Below are positions 7,039-15,329 of a stretch of DNA of 38,077 bases, piece by piece. The stretch lies in the IMG/VR virus record IMGVR_UViG_3300020059_000004, positions 1 to 38,077 of that record; one strand, written 5' to 3'. The translations under genes and the position numbers were made by a program. The notes beneath the pieces are model-generated. The model saw only the letters and a list, made by a program, of their open reading frames with translations. It was not told the DNA's origin and did no database searches. Within the stretch, counting starts at the first letter, position 1. Each line of letters begins with the position of its first letter. The stretch is from a virus. Its lineage: Duplodnaviria > Caudoviricetes.

Positions 7039-9008
7039 ATCACTCCTTGCTGTGGTTGAAGCGCAGGTTGTTGCGCGGCCTGTGAGGCGATTGCACTCTC
7101 TGCACCTTTGGTTGCTTTATCTTCTTTCTCGGTAATTGAGGTTGCATCTTGCATTTTAAGCATTTGCGATAAGGTAATAAGCTTCTCAAGGTGCGTAATA
7201 TCAAGCTCTTCAAGTTCTTTAAGCGCCCGTACTTTATCCAATAGTCCCGCATCTTCATCCCTGATAGCTTGTGCACGGCGTTCAACAGCCAATGCTTGGT
7301 TTTCTTCAACACGTGATATTCTTTCAAGTCCAAGTCCTTGGTCTGCTGCTGCTCGTGCTCGTGCAAGTTCAGCTTGTGCTTGTTGCAGATCCATTTGCTG
7401 TTGCATTTGTTGTTGTTGCATCTGTTGTGCTTGTTGTTGTTGTTGTGCAATTGCTTCAACAAGTTCTTTCTTGTTCTGCATCGTTGACGCATTAAGCAAT
7501 ACATCATCAGGAACAGGAATGCCAGCTTCCCGTAGTTGTAATAGTTGGGCGAACTGCATATTCTTCTGGGTTGCTGTGTTGAGTCCTTCAACGACAACTG
7601 AGTGGTATTTACCGAATGCTTTATTGTAAAATTGCGCAGTGGGTTCTTCACCTTCAAGAATCTTCTTCACTTTACCCGGCGTGTAATTTGCTTGTATCAA
7701 GTCCAGGATAATATCACCAAGTTGCTTCTGTGCATAGTCTAGATTATCGAATAAGATTTGTAATGTTGTAAGTCCAGCACCTTGCCGAAGCATCGATAGT
7801 ATGCCGGCTTTGTCGTCCGTTGCACTGCCGAGTAGCTCTTCATTTACGCCCGAAATTTGAGAAATTTCTTCACCAAGCATCTTGGATAATTCAATCATGC
7901 CCGCAGGTATTCCGGGGGCCATAATTTGTTCCACGTCGGTCATCTGTGCGTCATCTTTTAATGCAAGCCCGCGACCTTGTCCGGACATAAATACATCCTT
8001 GGGATTAACCAGCGCATTTTCCTTGTACTTCCATCCAGAATTAATTTGGCTCTCAAGGATATCCAGCTCAATAACTTTGCGTCGGTTGTAGAGATATTGG
8101 CTGTCACGAAGTCCCCGTACAATACCTTGTATGCGCCATGGGTAATATGGCATCTGGGGATTGTAATACGAAATAACCGGCACAAAAGGATAACGATCAA
8201 TGCCCATAGGGTTTGGGCCGTCATACATAACTTTACCTTGAACCACGATTGCAAGATTGACTGTAGGCACATCAGATTCAATCATCGTCACTTTAGGATA
8301 GGTTTTTAAGAACAGCTTGAGGCGATCTTCATCTTGGCCTTTCCACTCTTGCACTTCACCCGTTTGTGCATCAACCATCAACTTTTGCTTGCGATAATCT
8401 CTGTAATAGAATTCATCATAGGTGAGTAAGTTGGTATAAGATACATTGTAATTTTCAGGCATAAACTGGAACTTTGAATCACGTCCTGCTTGTGATTCAT
8501 TGCCTTGAAGGCCGAGTATTTCTTCTTCATGATCGGGCAGAAGCGATATCACTTCACGCTTAGTCAAGAATGATCGCTTCCATATATTGTTGCAATCCGA
8601 TAGATCAAGCTTGCGGAAGAATGGATCGACTAAGAATGAATTGTATGAGCAGTTATCAACTTTAATATCACCAGAAACAGGATCAGACCGATAGTCCATA
8701 TACACTTGCATGAAGTTCATGCCAGTCACGAGCGCCCCATCAAATGAATCAGATACCGTATGGAGCAATCCTTCGGTGTTCTCTAGGAACATAAGTATCT
8801 TGGACATCTGATCCGCCGTCTCATCATCAGCGTTAGATATGCCCTCGCATACTAAAGACTTACGATTGTTGCGTTGATGCCCACCGATCATGTTCTTAGT
8901 ACGCTTAATACGATTAAAACAGAATGAGGTTCGACGATTAGCGGGAAGATTGCCATAGATATCATTCCATAATGTCTGATCTCCTGACTCAAATCTTGTG
9001 TCTAAATC
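7035..9008 (-). CDS. Portal protein exon 2 (spliced product 697 aa)
   Basis: FNRIKR..MIGGHQRNNR, YPFVP, GIVRGLRDSQYLYNRRK, Q-rich C-terminal barrel typical of P22/N4-like podovirus portals. Confidence 0.9.
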   Translation of the reverse strand, partial: DLDTRFESGDQTLWNDIYGNLPANRRTSFCFNRIKRTKNMIGGHQRNNRKSLVCEGISNADDETADQMSKILMFLENTEGLLHTVSDSFDGALVTGMNFMQVYMDYRSDPVSGDIKVDNCSYNSFLVDPFFRKLDLSDCNNIWKRSFLTKREVISLLPDHEEEILGLQGNESQAGRDSKFQFMPENYNVSYTNLLTYDEFYYRDYRKQKLMVDAQTGEVQEWKGQDEDRLKLFLKTYPKVTMIESDVPTVNLAIVVQGKVMYDGPNPMGIDRYPFVPVISYYNPQMPYYPWRIQGIVRGLRDSQYLYNRRKVIELDILESQINSGWKYKENALVNPKDVFMSGQGRGLALKDDAQMTDVEQIMAPGIPAGMIELSKMLGEEISQISGVNEELLGSATDDKAGILSMLRQGAGLTTLQILFDNLDYAQKQLGDIILDLIQANYTPGKVKKILEGEEPTAQFYNKAFGKYHSVVVEGLNTATQKNMQFAQLLQLREAGIPVPDDVLLNASTMQNKKELVEAIAQQQQQAQQMQQQQMQQQMDLQQAQAELARARAAADQGLGLERISRVEENQALAVERRAQAIRDEDAGLLDKVRALKELEELDITHLEKLITLSQMLKMQDATSITEKEDKATKGAESAIASQAAQQPALQPQQGVM

Positions 9009-9230
9009 CAATTTCTGTTACTTCAGCTTTCGCTTACTGACCCTTTCGGGCGGAGAGTCTTGTTATTCCTCTCTCTCTATGTCTCCATAAAGAACGGACT
9101 ATCACATGCTCTTTCGAGCTCCCAGGGTTTAGTCTCTCAGGCTGTATTTAAACTTGCCCCTTGTCACGCTCGCCTTTACGTTAGCGCTTCCAAGTCAATT
9201 ACCCAGGATTTAAAGAGGCCAATTTTACAG
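9009..9230 (-). ncRNA. Group I intron (222 nt, no ORF) in portal gene
   Basis: 5' exon AGAGGCU pairs with GGCCUCU (P1, U.G); P3 UCCUGGGU/ACCCUGGGA; P7 GAGACUA/UAGUCC; P8 GCUC-GAAA-GAGC; P9 hairpins with GNRA loops; terminal G; removal gives ..FWSEA|DLDTRF.. in frame. Confidence 0.93.
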
Positions 9231-9350
9231 AGCCTCTGACCAGAACGATTGATTCAATGTTATGGCTTCTGAATAAAATGCTTCCATTCTAGACAAAATC
9301 CCGCGGTGCTTTTCATTATAATACTGCGGGCCAAGCTGAGGAAATATCAT
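9231..9350 (-). CDS. Portal protein exon 1 (MIFPQLGPQYYNEKHRGILSRMEAFYSEAITLNQSFWSEA, 40 aa)
   Basis: AAAGGAG SD, ATG, frame stops two codons into the intron. Confidence 0.88.
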
Positions 9351-9409
9351 GCACTTCTCTCCTTTTTAGGATTTAGTAGCGTAAGTTATAAATAGATCAT
9401 AGCAATATG

Positions 9410-10207
9410 CTAACATATAAAATAATTATTTATTTCAAACTTATCGCATTTGCTACAGAAGCCTATTAAATCACAGATACTTTCATCATAATTGATGTTT
9501 CGATGATTGTAACAGAAGCATTCTGTACATAGAGTTTTCTCTCTTTCAAATGCTGTACAAGTTCTACATGATTTTGATCTATCATTTTCTAATTGATACT
9601 TAATCATTTTTGCTTTAAAACCGCAAGCACATTTGCAAAGAAATTGAATCTTCCCTCTTGAAGTTCTTTCTTCAACTATTGATAACACTGTCCAATGATT
9701 GTATTTATTGCCTACAATGGATTCGATTCTTTGGATAGGGATTTTCTCGGCACAAGATTTGCATTTAGTTGATGTGCCATCGAGTAATGCTTTCTTTTTA
9801 ACGTTACTTTTAAGTCCGCAGGAGCATTCGCAGAGATACTTAAGTTCTCCAGCTATTCCTCGTTGAGGAATAATCTTCAATGCTTTCCATTGCCCATAAA
9901 CATTTCCAGAGATGAGATCAGCAGGAATACGTTTATTACTAGCATTCTGCTTTGGAGTAACCCATTCACAATTACCAGGTTCATAATTACCATTTACGTT
10001 GGTACGATCGAGTTGATATCCATCAGGTTTAATTCCCATATCATTAAAGAAATTAACAAATGATTCGCGCCAACTCTGACAAACTGTGATTCCACGGCCG
10101 CCATAGTATTTATAGTTTGGCCGATTGGGATTTGTACATCTAGATAACATGGCTCGATAAGAAGAATATGTTGGTGATTTATACATTTTATGCTGTTTCA
10201 TAAGCAT
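9410..10207 (-). CDS. Free-standing HNH-type homing endonuclease (YGGRGI family) with two C-terminal Zn modules
   Basis: YGGRGITVC..W..F..FFNDMG.KP..LDRTNVNGNYEPGNCEWVT; two G..YxxW..LCxCxCG..S..C..C repeats. Confidence 0.88.
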   Translation of the reverse strand: MLMKQHKMYKSPTYSSYRAMLSRCTNPNRPNYKYYGGRGITVCQSWRESFVNFFNDMGIKPDGYQLDRTNVNGNYEPGNCEWVTPKQNASNKRIPADLISGNVYGQWKALKIIPQRGIAGELKYLCECSCGLKSNVKKKALLDGTSTKCKSCAEKIPIQRIESIVGNKYNHWTVLSIVEERTSRGKIQFLCKCACGFKAKMIKYQLENDRSKSCRTCTAFEREKTLCTECFCYNHRNINYDESICDLIGFCSKCDKFEINNYFIC

Positions 10208-10310
10208 TATTATATCAAAAAATGCGCTGCAAAGTAAGGGGTAAGATCAGTGATATATATCTTGCAGCACCTGGCATCATTCTATGATATCAGTACACAA
10301 TATCAAGCAG

Positions 10311-10346
10311 AAATAAAAAGGGTCAGACCCTGTGAGCATCTGACCC
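10311..10346 (-). terminator. Rho-independent terminator
   Basis: GGGTCAGA..TCTGACCC then TTTTTATTT on minus strand. Confidence 0.7.
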
Positions 10347-10386
10347 AATCATCGCCGCCTTATTACGAGGCTGCAGACAGTACATT

Positions 10387-10668
10387 TTAGTTATCCAAAT
10401 CATCGGGCAATATAAAGCGGCCTACAAAGTTCTCTACCCAATCAGTAATGTGGCGCTCATCATGATTAATTTTTTTAAGTAGATCAAGTAATTCCTGGAA
10501 TTGATGTGCAACACCATCAAATAATAGAACCCGCTGTTCCATTTTAATGCCATTGTCATCATTAATTTCGTCCACCACACAACGCAACTTTTCTATTTGG
10601 TCAAGTGTCCATTTGGTTACATGTTCTTCCAGCTCGGTGTAATTTAATCGCTTCTTCTCCCGCGGCAT
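10387..10668 (-). CDS. Hypothetical helical protein (MPREKK..; frame open further upstream)
   Basis: GAGGGGAG SD before Met at 10668. Confidence 0.65.
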   Translation of the reverse strand: MPREKKRLNYTELEEHVTKWTLDQIEKLRCVVDEINDDNGIKMEQRVLLFDGVAHQFQELLDLLKKINHDERHITDWVENFVGRFILPDDLDN

Positions 10669-10738
10669 ACTACTCCCCTCACTTAAAAAAAAAAGAAATA
10701 GTGATAAAAAACTCAATCCTACAACCCATCCCAAAACA

Positions 10739-10948
10739 CTAAACTGCTTCATTTGTACTGTCACAATCCTTTCTCTTGCAATCCAAGCAAATTGGTTCAA
10801 CTTCTGTCCAGCTTTGATACGTCCACAATGGGCCATCAACTGCCACTCTATTTATACCATCTGCAAGGGGATATGACGAGGAGTTTATGATAGTTTTTTT
10901 AATCTTGTATTGGGGGATTAGTTGGCCTGAGCATTTCTTCAACTGCAA
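10739..10948 (-). CDS. Small hypothetical protein
   Basis: Operon strand, CxxC; start uncertain. Confidence 0.4.
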   Translation of the reverse strand: MQLKKCSGQLIPQYKIKKTIINSSSYPLADGINRVAVDGPLWTYQSWTEVEPICLDCKRKDCDSTNEAV

Positions 10949-11028
10949 TCCTGTTAAGGCGTTTCCAATTCAACACAATATCTTTACATTCGCAGCTTAA
11001 TTTACAATTAGTGGTATGACTGCGATCT

Positions 11029-11739
11029 TTATTGCTCTGTACCAGTATTTCTTTCCAGATTGGTATCATTCATTTCCTTGGCACGATCCTCTCTCCATAC
11101 TTGTTGAAGTCGATCCTGCTCTTCTATATCATTTTTCTTTTTGCACGGGTTACAACATGGGTTTCCATTCATAGAACATACTTCATCATGAAGATATTTC
11201 TGGAAATTAGCTTCCTCGCGATCATCCTCTTCTTTAATATGATCCTCAGCCAATTTAAAATCAGTTGGAGGAACATTGACCCCATTACCCAATGGCACCA
11301 TTGCAGGAGCAATCCCAAGCGATGGTCTTTCCTCAAACTGGATTAAACGATTGCCTTTACAACCCAAACACCAACACATATCAAGATTCATTTCACCATC
11401 CGGCTTAGATTGTTCAATCCAATCAAAGAGGTATTTGAATGTAGGGAAGTTTTGTCGAGCTATTGATAAGACTGGATATAAAATATCAAGAAGTTTATTA
11501 ACTTCCGACTTCCATTCCAATCGAGCATCGGCATCTAACCCTTTCCAGCTATAAGTAAATCCTTCGTAAGGGCGAGGCAATTCTTCGCATGGATTATCCA
11601 GGTAATTATCCACTAGTCCAAAATATTTATTCTCTTGTTGCATGATGAAGGTTTTTTCCATTGAATACAACATATTCAATTTCTTCAAGCTGTAATGAAT
11701 CGTATGCAATAATAGATTGTGACTTTTCTCGTAGTTCAT
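11029..11739 (-). CDS. Hypothetical protein containing an MCP-like motif (AMVPLGN)
   Basis: 236-aa ORF with ATGA coupling to upstream gene. Confidence 0.7.
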   Translation of the reverse strand: MNYEKSHNLLLHTIHYSLKKLNMLYSMEKTFIMQQENKYFGLVDNYLDNPCEELPRPYEGFTYSWKGLDADARLEWKSEVNKLLDILYPVLSIARQNFPTFKYLFDWIEQSKPDGEMNLDMCWCLGCKGNRLIQFEERPSLGIAPAMVPLGNGVNVPPTDFKLAEDHIKEEDDREEANFQKYLHDEVCSMNGNPCCNPCKKKNDIEEQDRLQQVWREDRAKEMNDTNLERNTGTEQ

Positions 11740-11912
11740 TTTTTACTTTCATAAAGACGGTTAACCAATTCAGTAAGCACCTTCAACTTAGCGTCAATGC
11801 CCAATCTCTTCTCTTGGGCAATATCCAATAGGTCTTCGGATGGAATGCCGTCCATCTCTTCCGCTTCTCGGTCGTATATAATATTAAATATATCGCGTGT
11901 TAGCTTGCTCAT
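11736..11912 (-). CDS. Small hypothetical protein (58 aa, MSKLTRDIF..), not in ORF track
   Basis: Starts right after TerL stop with GAGGA SD; ATGA overlap with next gene. Confidence 0.65.
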   Translation of the reverse strand: MSKLTRDIFNIIYDREAEEMDGIPSEDLLDIAQEKRLGIDAKLKVLTELVNRLYESKK

Positions 11913-13253
11913 CTATATATCCTCTCTAAAGAATCCACTGTGTCTTGTGCCATACATCGCTTCTCTATATCTCTTATCTAAATCTTCAGCTGATAATCCA
12001 TCTCTTGTTTTAGGTAGAGAAACTGCGAGATACCGCATTGTATCGCTATAATGAGACGACCAATCGTGAAGTGGTTGTGTCTTATATACTTTCTTTTTCA
12101 TATCATATTCTTGGCGATAGTTCTCAAGTGCCTTGATAAATGGTGCACATTTAACTTCATCAATCCAAACTTTACTTAAACAGGATCGCACAGCTTCTAT
12201 TCCATCATAGATACTTATATCCGGTGCGATGGTGAAGTTGATGCCGAGTTGCTTGGCTTTCTCAACGCGTGTCATTCCCGTGCCAAATTCCATCACGCGT
12301 ATATCGTGAGGAGCTATATGCTTGCCGTAGATATAATCTTTTGAGTTGATCACTTTTATGTAATGCTCAAGCCCCTGTTTTGAATTCTCATAGCAATCTA
12401 TAATGCGCACTGTTTGGCCGACCGTTTCGAAGAACAGAATCGTGGTAGAATCGCGGACTCCGATATCCCAGGCAGTATGCACCTTGAATCCTTCTTCGTG
12501 CGGCACCTGGCCAATTTGCCCCTTCAGGCGCATCTTATCCATGTACTTGGCATAATATGCACCCTCAATGCCCATATCAAATGAGGTGTAATATTCTTGG
12601 TATACCAAATCTTGGGAGATTAGGCCTTCAGCAAGATCCTTCTCGATCTCATTGAGCGGAATATGATTGGTATCATCAAGAGTAAGCTTTGATACAAACC
12701 AGTCCTTGGAATGTGAGGCAATATTGTACAGTTCCCAAAAGTGGTTCTTGCCGCGGGGTGTACTTTCCATTACACACCAGCCATTGTTCGCTGCAAGGAT
12801 GGGGCGAAGCAGGGCATAAGCTTGGGGCGATTGCAATGCATATTCAGAGAATACAATCCCTTGAGGGTTAGTTCCCATCAACGAGTCGATATTATCCGAT
12901 CCTACTATTTGGATCATGGATTCATTGGCAAGCTTGATCTTGAGTTCTTGGGAATTAGTACCAACCACCAGCTCCTTAGGGATATAATCCATAAAGCGCT
13001 TGCCTTCATTGGTGATGGAATCGTAGATTACCTTCTTACCTTGAGAATACGTTGGGAATACATAGTAATAGACACCAACTTTGCGTAGAGCTGCACGGAC
13101 TACCAAATTGAATGAGCATACATCTTTGCCGGATCTGCGTGGCCAGCAGATGAAATATTTCTTAAACTCCTGATTATCAAATGCGCGGCAGAATGGTAAT
13201 TGATAATCTCTGGCTTGGAATAGGTCTAAGCGAATGCGGGTTTCTATGTTCAT
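11913..13253 (-). CDS. terL: Terminase large subunit
   Basis: Walker A WPRRSGKD, Walker B GIVFSE, motif III ESTPRG, RNase H-like AWDIG..HD..HDWSSHYSDTMRYLA. Confidence 0.95.
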   Translation of the reverse strand: MNIETRIRLDLFQARDYQLPFCRAFDNQEFKKYFICWPRRSGKDVCSFNLVVRAALRKVGVYYYVFPTYSQGKKVIYDSITNEGKRFMDYIPKELVVGTNSQELKIKLANESMIQIVGSDNIDSLMGTNPQGIVFSEYALQSPQAYALLRPILAANNGWCVMESTPRGKNHFWELYNIASHSKDWFVSKLTLDDTNHIPLNEIEKDLAEGLISQDLVYQEYYTSFDMGIEGAYYAKYMDKMRLKGQIGQVPHEEGFKVHTAWDIGVRDSTTILFFETVGQTVRIIDCYENSKQGLEHYIKVINSKDYIYGKHIAPHDIRVMEFGTGMTRVEKAKQLGINFTIAPDISIYDGIEAVRSCLSKVWIDEVKCAPFIKALENYRQEYDMKKKVYKTQPLHDWSSHYSDTMRYLAVSLPKTRDGLSAEDLDKRYREAMYGTRHSGFFREDI

Positions 13254-13451
13254 CTATCTGTCACTCTTATCCAATTCATTCTTCTCTTTCTTGGCAATCT
13301 CGTATATCAATTTACATTCTTCCGAGCAGCATTTAACTTGTGAAACCCGGGATGGCGGTTCAAACTTCTTAAAGCAAATATAGCATTGTCTTTTGGTGTT
13401 ACGTTTTGGGAGTGTCATTTCCATCGAGATTCTCCATAAAATAGAATCCAA
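13254..13451 (-). CDS. Small Zn-finger-like protein
   Basis: CYIC.KKF..KCCSEEC motif; start uncertain. Confidence 0.6.
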   Translation of the reverse strand: MDSILWRISMEMTLPKRNTKRQCYICFKKFEPPSRVSQVKCCSEECKLIYEIAKKEKNELDKSDR

Positions 13452-13492
13452 TAATTAGAACAACTATAATCCACAAGAGCCAATGAAGTTTA

Positions 13493-13705
13493 TTAAGTAT
13501 CATGGGGCAATTCCGGTAACGGCATCCAATAATCAACTGTCATCTTAAACGTGTCACAGAATCCCCATTTATCCTTAAAGGTACCGTCGGATTGAACTTG
13601 AACAAGAAATGGTTCCCAAGGTATGCCATGCTTGGTTGGGCGTATAGCCACTAAAACATATTCTCCCGCATACGGCCTTTGATGGAGTATGGATATCCAA
13701 CTCAT
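13493..13705 (-). CDS. DUF551-family protein
   Basis: MSWIS....P....VLV ... VDYWMPLPELP signature. Confidence 0.85.
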   Translation of the reverse strand: MSWISILHQRPYAGEYVLVAIRPTKHGIPWEPFLVQVQSDGTFKDKWGFCDTFKMTVDYWMPLPELPHDT

Positions 13706-14208
13706 TTCTTATCTCTCTTTGGCACAAGGTCTGAATCAGCAAACTTCTCAATCTCGACAACTCTCATGCCTCCAGCAGAAGCAATCTTTTCTGAAAGATG
13801 GGCTCGCCATTCTTCAAGTGCTTTATAATCATCGCAGTATATGGGCATTGTTTTAGCAATCCATGATCCATCGAGTGCTTTATTTGCCGCGCCCTCATCT
13901 CGGCGAATAGCACATAAAGAGCGAACATATTTGTAAGCGTTTGATACGTTTGAGTCACGAGCCATCCAATCTTCGACGGTTGCTTTATACATCCCAGCTA
14001 TTTCAACGGGAAACTTCCAAATACTGATAATCTCCGGATTCAATCTGACGTGTTCTACCCATCTAAATGAGAAGTTCTCAAGCGTTGTAGCGTTAGCAGG
14101 GCACATTTTGAATGAAATATTGCAGAAATAATCTGACCAATCGTGTTTAATTGCAGTATCTTTAGATTTTATTTTACGGTTTGTGCTATTCTGGCGGGTT
14201 TGCTTCAT
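13702..14208 (-). CDS. Putative terminase small subunit
   Basis: Size, position upstream of terL, HTH-like GMYKATVEDW followed by long helix. Confidence 0.55.
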   Translation of the reverse strand: MKQTRQNSTNRKIKSKDTAIKHDWSDYFCNISFKMCPANATTLENFSFRWVEHVRLNPEIISIWKFPVEIAGMYKATVEDWMARDSNVSNAYKYVRSLCAIRRDEGAANKALDGSWIAKTMPIYCDDYKALEEWRAHLSEKIASAGGMRVVEIEKFADSDLVPKRDKK

Positions 14209-14236
14209 CCACATGCTCCAAGATTAATTCGGTGCG

Positions 14237-14335
14237 TCCTTCATCTGCCCATATCTTTTTAGAAAGATGTTTCATTGCCATAGGCATTCTCCAATTCAAG
14301 CTCTGTCTTTCCTTCATCTGCCCATATCTTTTTAG
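14237..14335. repeat. 26-bp exact direct repeat (14237-14262, 14310-14335) duplicating the RusA 3' end
   Basis: tccttcatctgcccatatctttttag twice, 73 bp apart. Confidence 0.9.
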
Positions 14336-14666
14336 CAAATATTTGGACAATAAGCGAGTCGTCGGTGTACAAAATTCCATTGGCCGCATCAAGAATATAT
14401 TTTATGAGATTATCAAGATCGGGGCGTTTGGGGTTGTATTTGCCCCGTAAGTTATTGCGTCCCGACTCACGTAAGTATTTAGCTAGCGGCATAAAGAATG
14501 TAATGGTGGCCAATAATGGCACATCCATAGGTGGTTGTAGATGGTGTTGCTTCTTGAGTTGGATACCATCCAGTAATTTTTGGCCTTGTTGGGGGTCATA
14601 TACGTGGCCTTTGCAGAAGCGGGGGCGTTGAAGTGGTGTTGGTGGGCCGTGGAGAATATACTTCAT
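14259..14666 (-). CDS. rusA: RusA family Holliday junction resolvase
   Basis: P.P.QRPRF, RPDLDNLIKYILDAANGILYTDDSLIV motif. Confidence 0.92.
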   Translation of the reverse strand: MKYILHGPPTPLQRPRFCKGHVYDPQQGQKLLDGIQLKKQHHLQPPMDVPLLATITFFMPLAKYLRESGRNNLRGKYNPKRPDLDNLIKYILDAANGILYTDDSLIVQIFAKKIWADEGKTELELENAYGNETSF

Positions 14667-14697
14667 AAAATAAGCTCACGAATGTTTAGTATGTATT

Positions 14698-15321
14698 TCA
14701 AAATATCTCCTGAAAGAGCGAAGGGTCGTAATACTCTTGCTCCAGTTCAGACATATCGGTTGGGATAATCTTCTCTGCAAGCTTCTTGGCGATATCGGGC
14801 ATAATTAATCCCGCTTGTTCATTGCGGCGACAAGAGCATTCCGGGCCATGGGCTTGTTGCCAGATTGATTCTTGTTGTTCAGGAGTTAATTTTTGCCAGA
14901 TAGGGTTCTTATCAAATCGGGCACATTTCTTGGCAAACTCGGGATTCTCGAGGGTACGCTTGTGAATTGCCTTCTCGTAATTGAGTGCAAATTCAAGATC
15001 GGTCTCAACGTGAGTGATGGTGGTTTGATAATTGCGGTCGTTGTTTATTACCGCGGCTCCAGGGATCCATTTTCCGCCTTCTACATAGGCACTGAAAGTC
15101 GAAGGACGTGGCTTAGAGGGAATCAGCTTTGTCTTTCCCGTTTTAGTAGTTTTATTTTGCTCTTCAACCCAGCGGTCACAAACAGCCAACAACCACTTAA
15201 AGGGATGAGCAATAGATTTTCCTTGATGCAGCATGCTGGTCATTTGTTTGTTGGCATGCTCTATTGCTTGCTTGGGGTATTCTGCTAATTCAAGCAGCTC
15301 TTCTTCAGAAAAGTTGTACAT
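14698..15321 (-). CDS. Putative replication-associated protein
   Basis: Follows putative initiator; IAHPFKWL resembles IxNPxxY/W motif of replication-protein C-domains; start MYNF or TTG at 15333. Confidence 0.45.
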   Translation of the reverse strand: MYNFSEEELLELAEYPKQAIEHANKQMTSMLHQGKSIAHPFKWLLAVCDRWVEEQNKTTKTGKTKLIPSKPRPSTFSAYVEGGKWIPGAAVINNDRNYQTTITHVETDLEFALNYEKAIHKRTLENPEFAKKCARFDKNPIWQKLTPEQQESIWQQAHGPECSCRRNEQAGLIMPDIAKKLAEKIIPTDMSELEQEYYDPSLFQEIF

Positions 15322-15329
15322 TGCTACTC

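Noticed and set aside
7040-7657. Overlapping Cys/Asn-rich ORFs in the portal 3' region
   Set aside because: Shadow frames of the CAA-rich poly-Gln barrel
12840-12862. TerL Walker B reads VFSE rather than hhDE
   Set aside because: All other ATPase and nuclease motifs are intact; likely a clade variant rather than inactivation
14237-14335. Repeat pair as DGR template/variable repeat
   Set aside because: No reverse transcriptase in the window and differences are not confined to adenines
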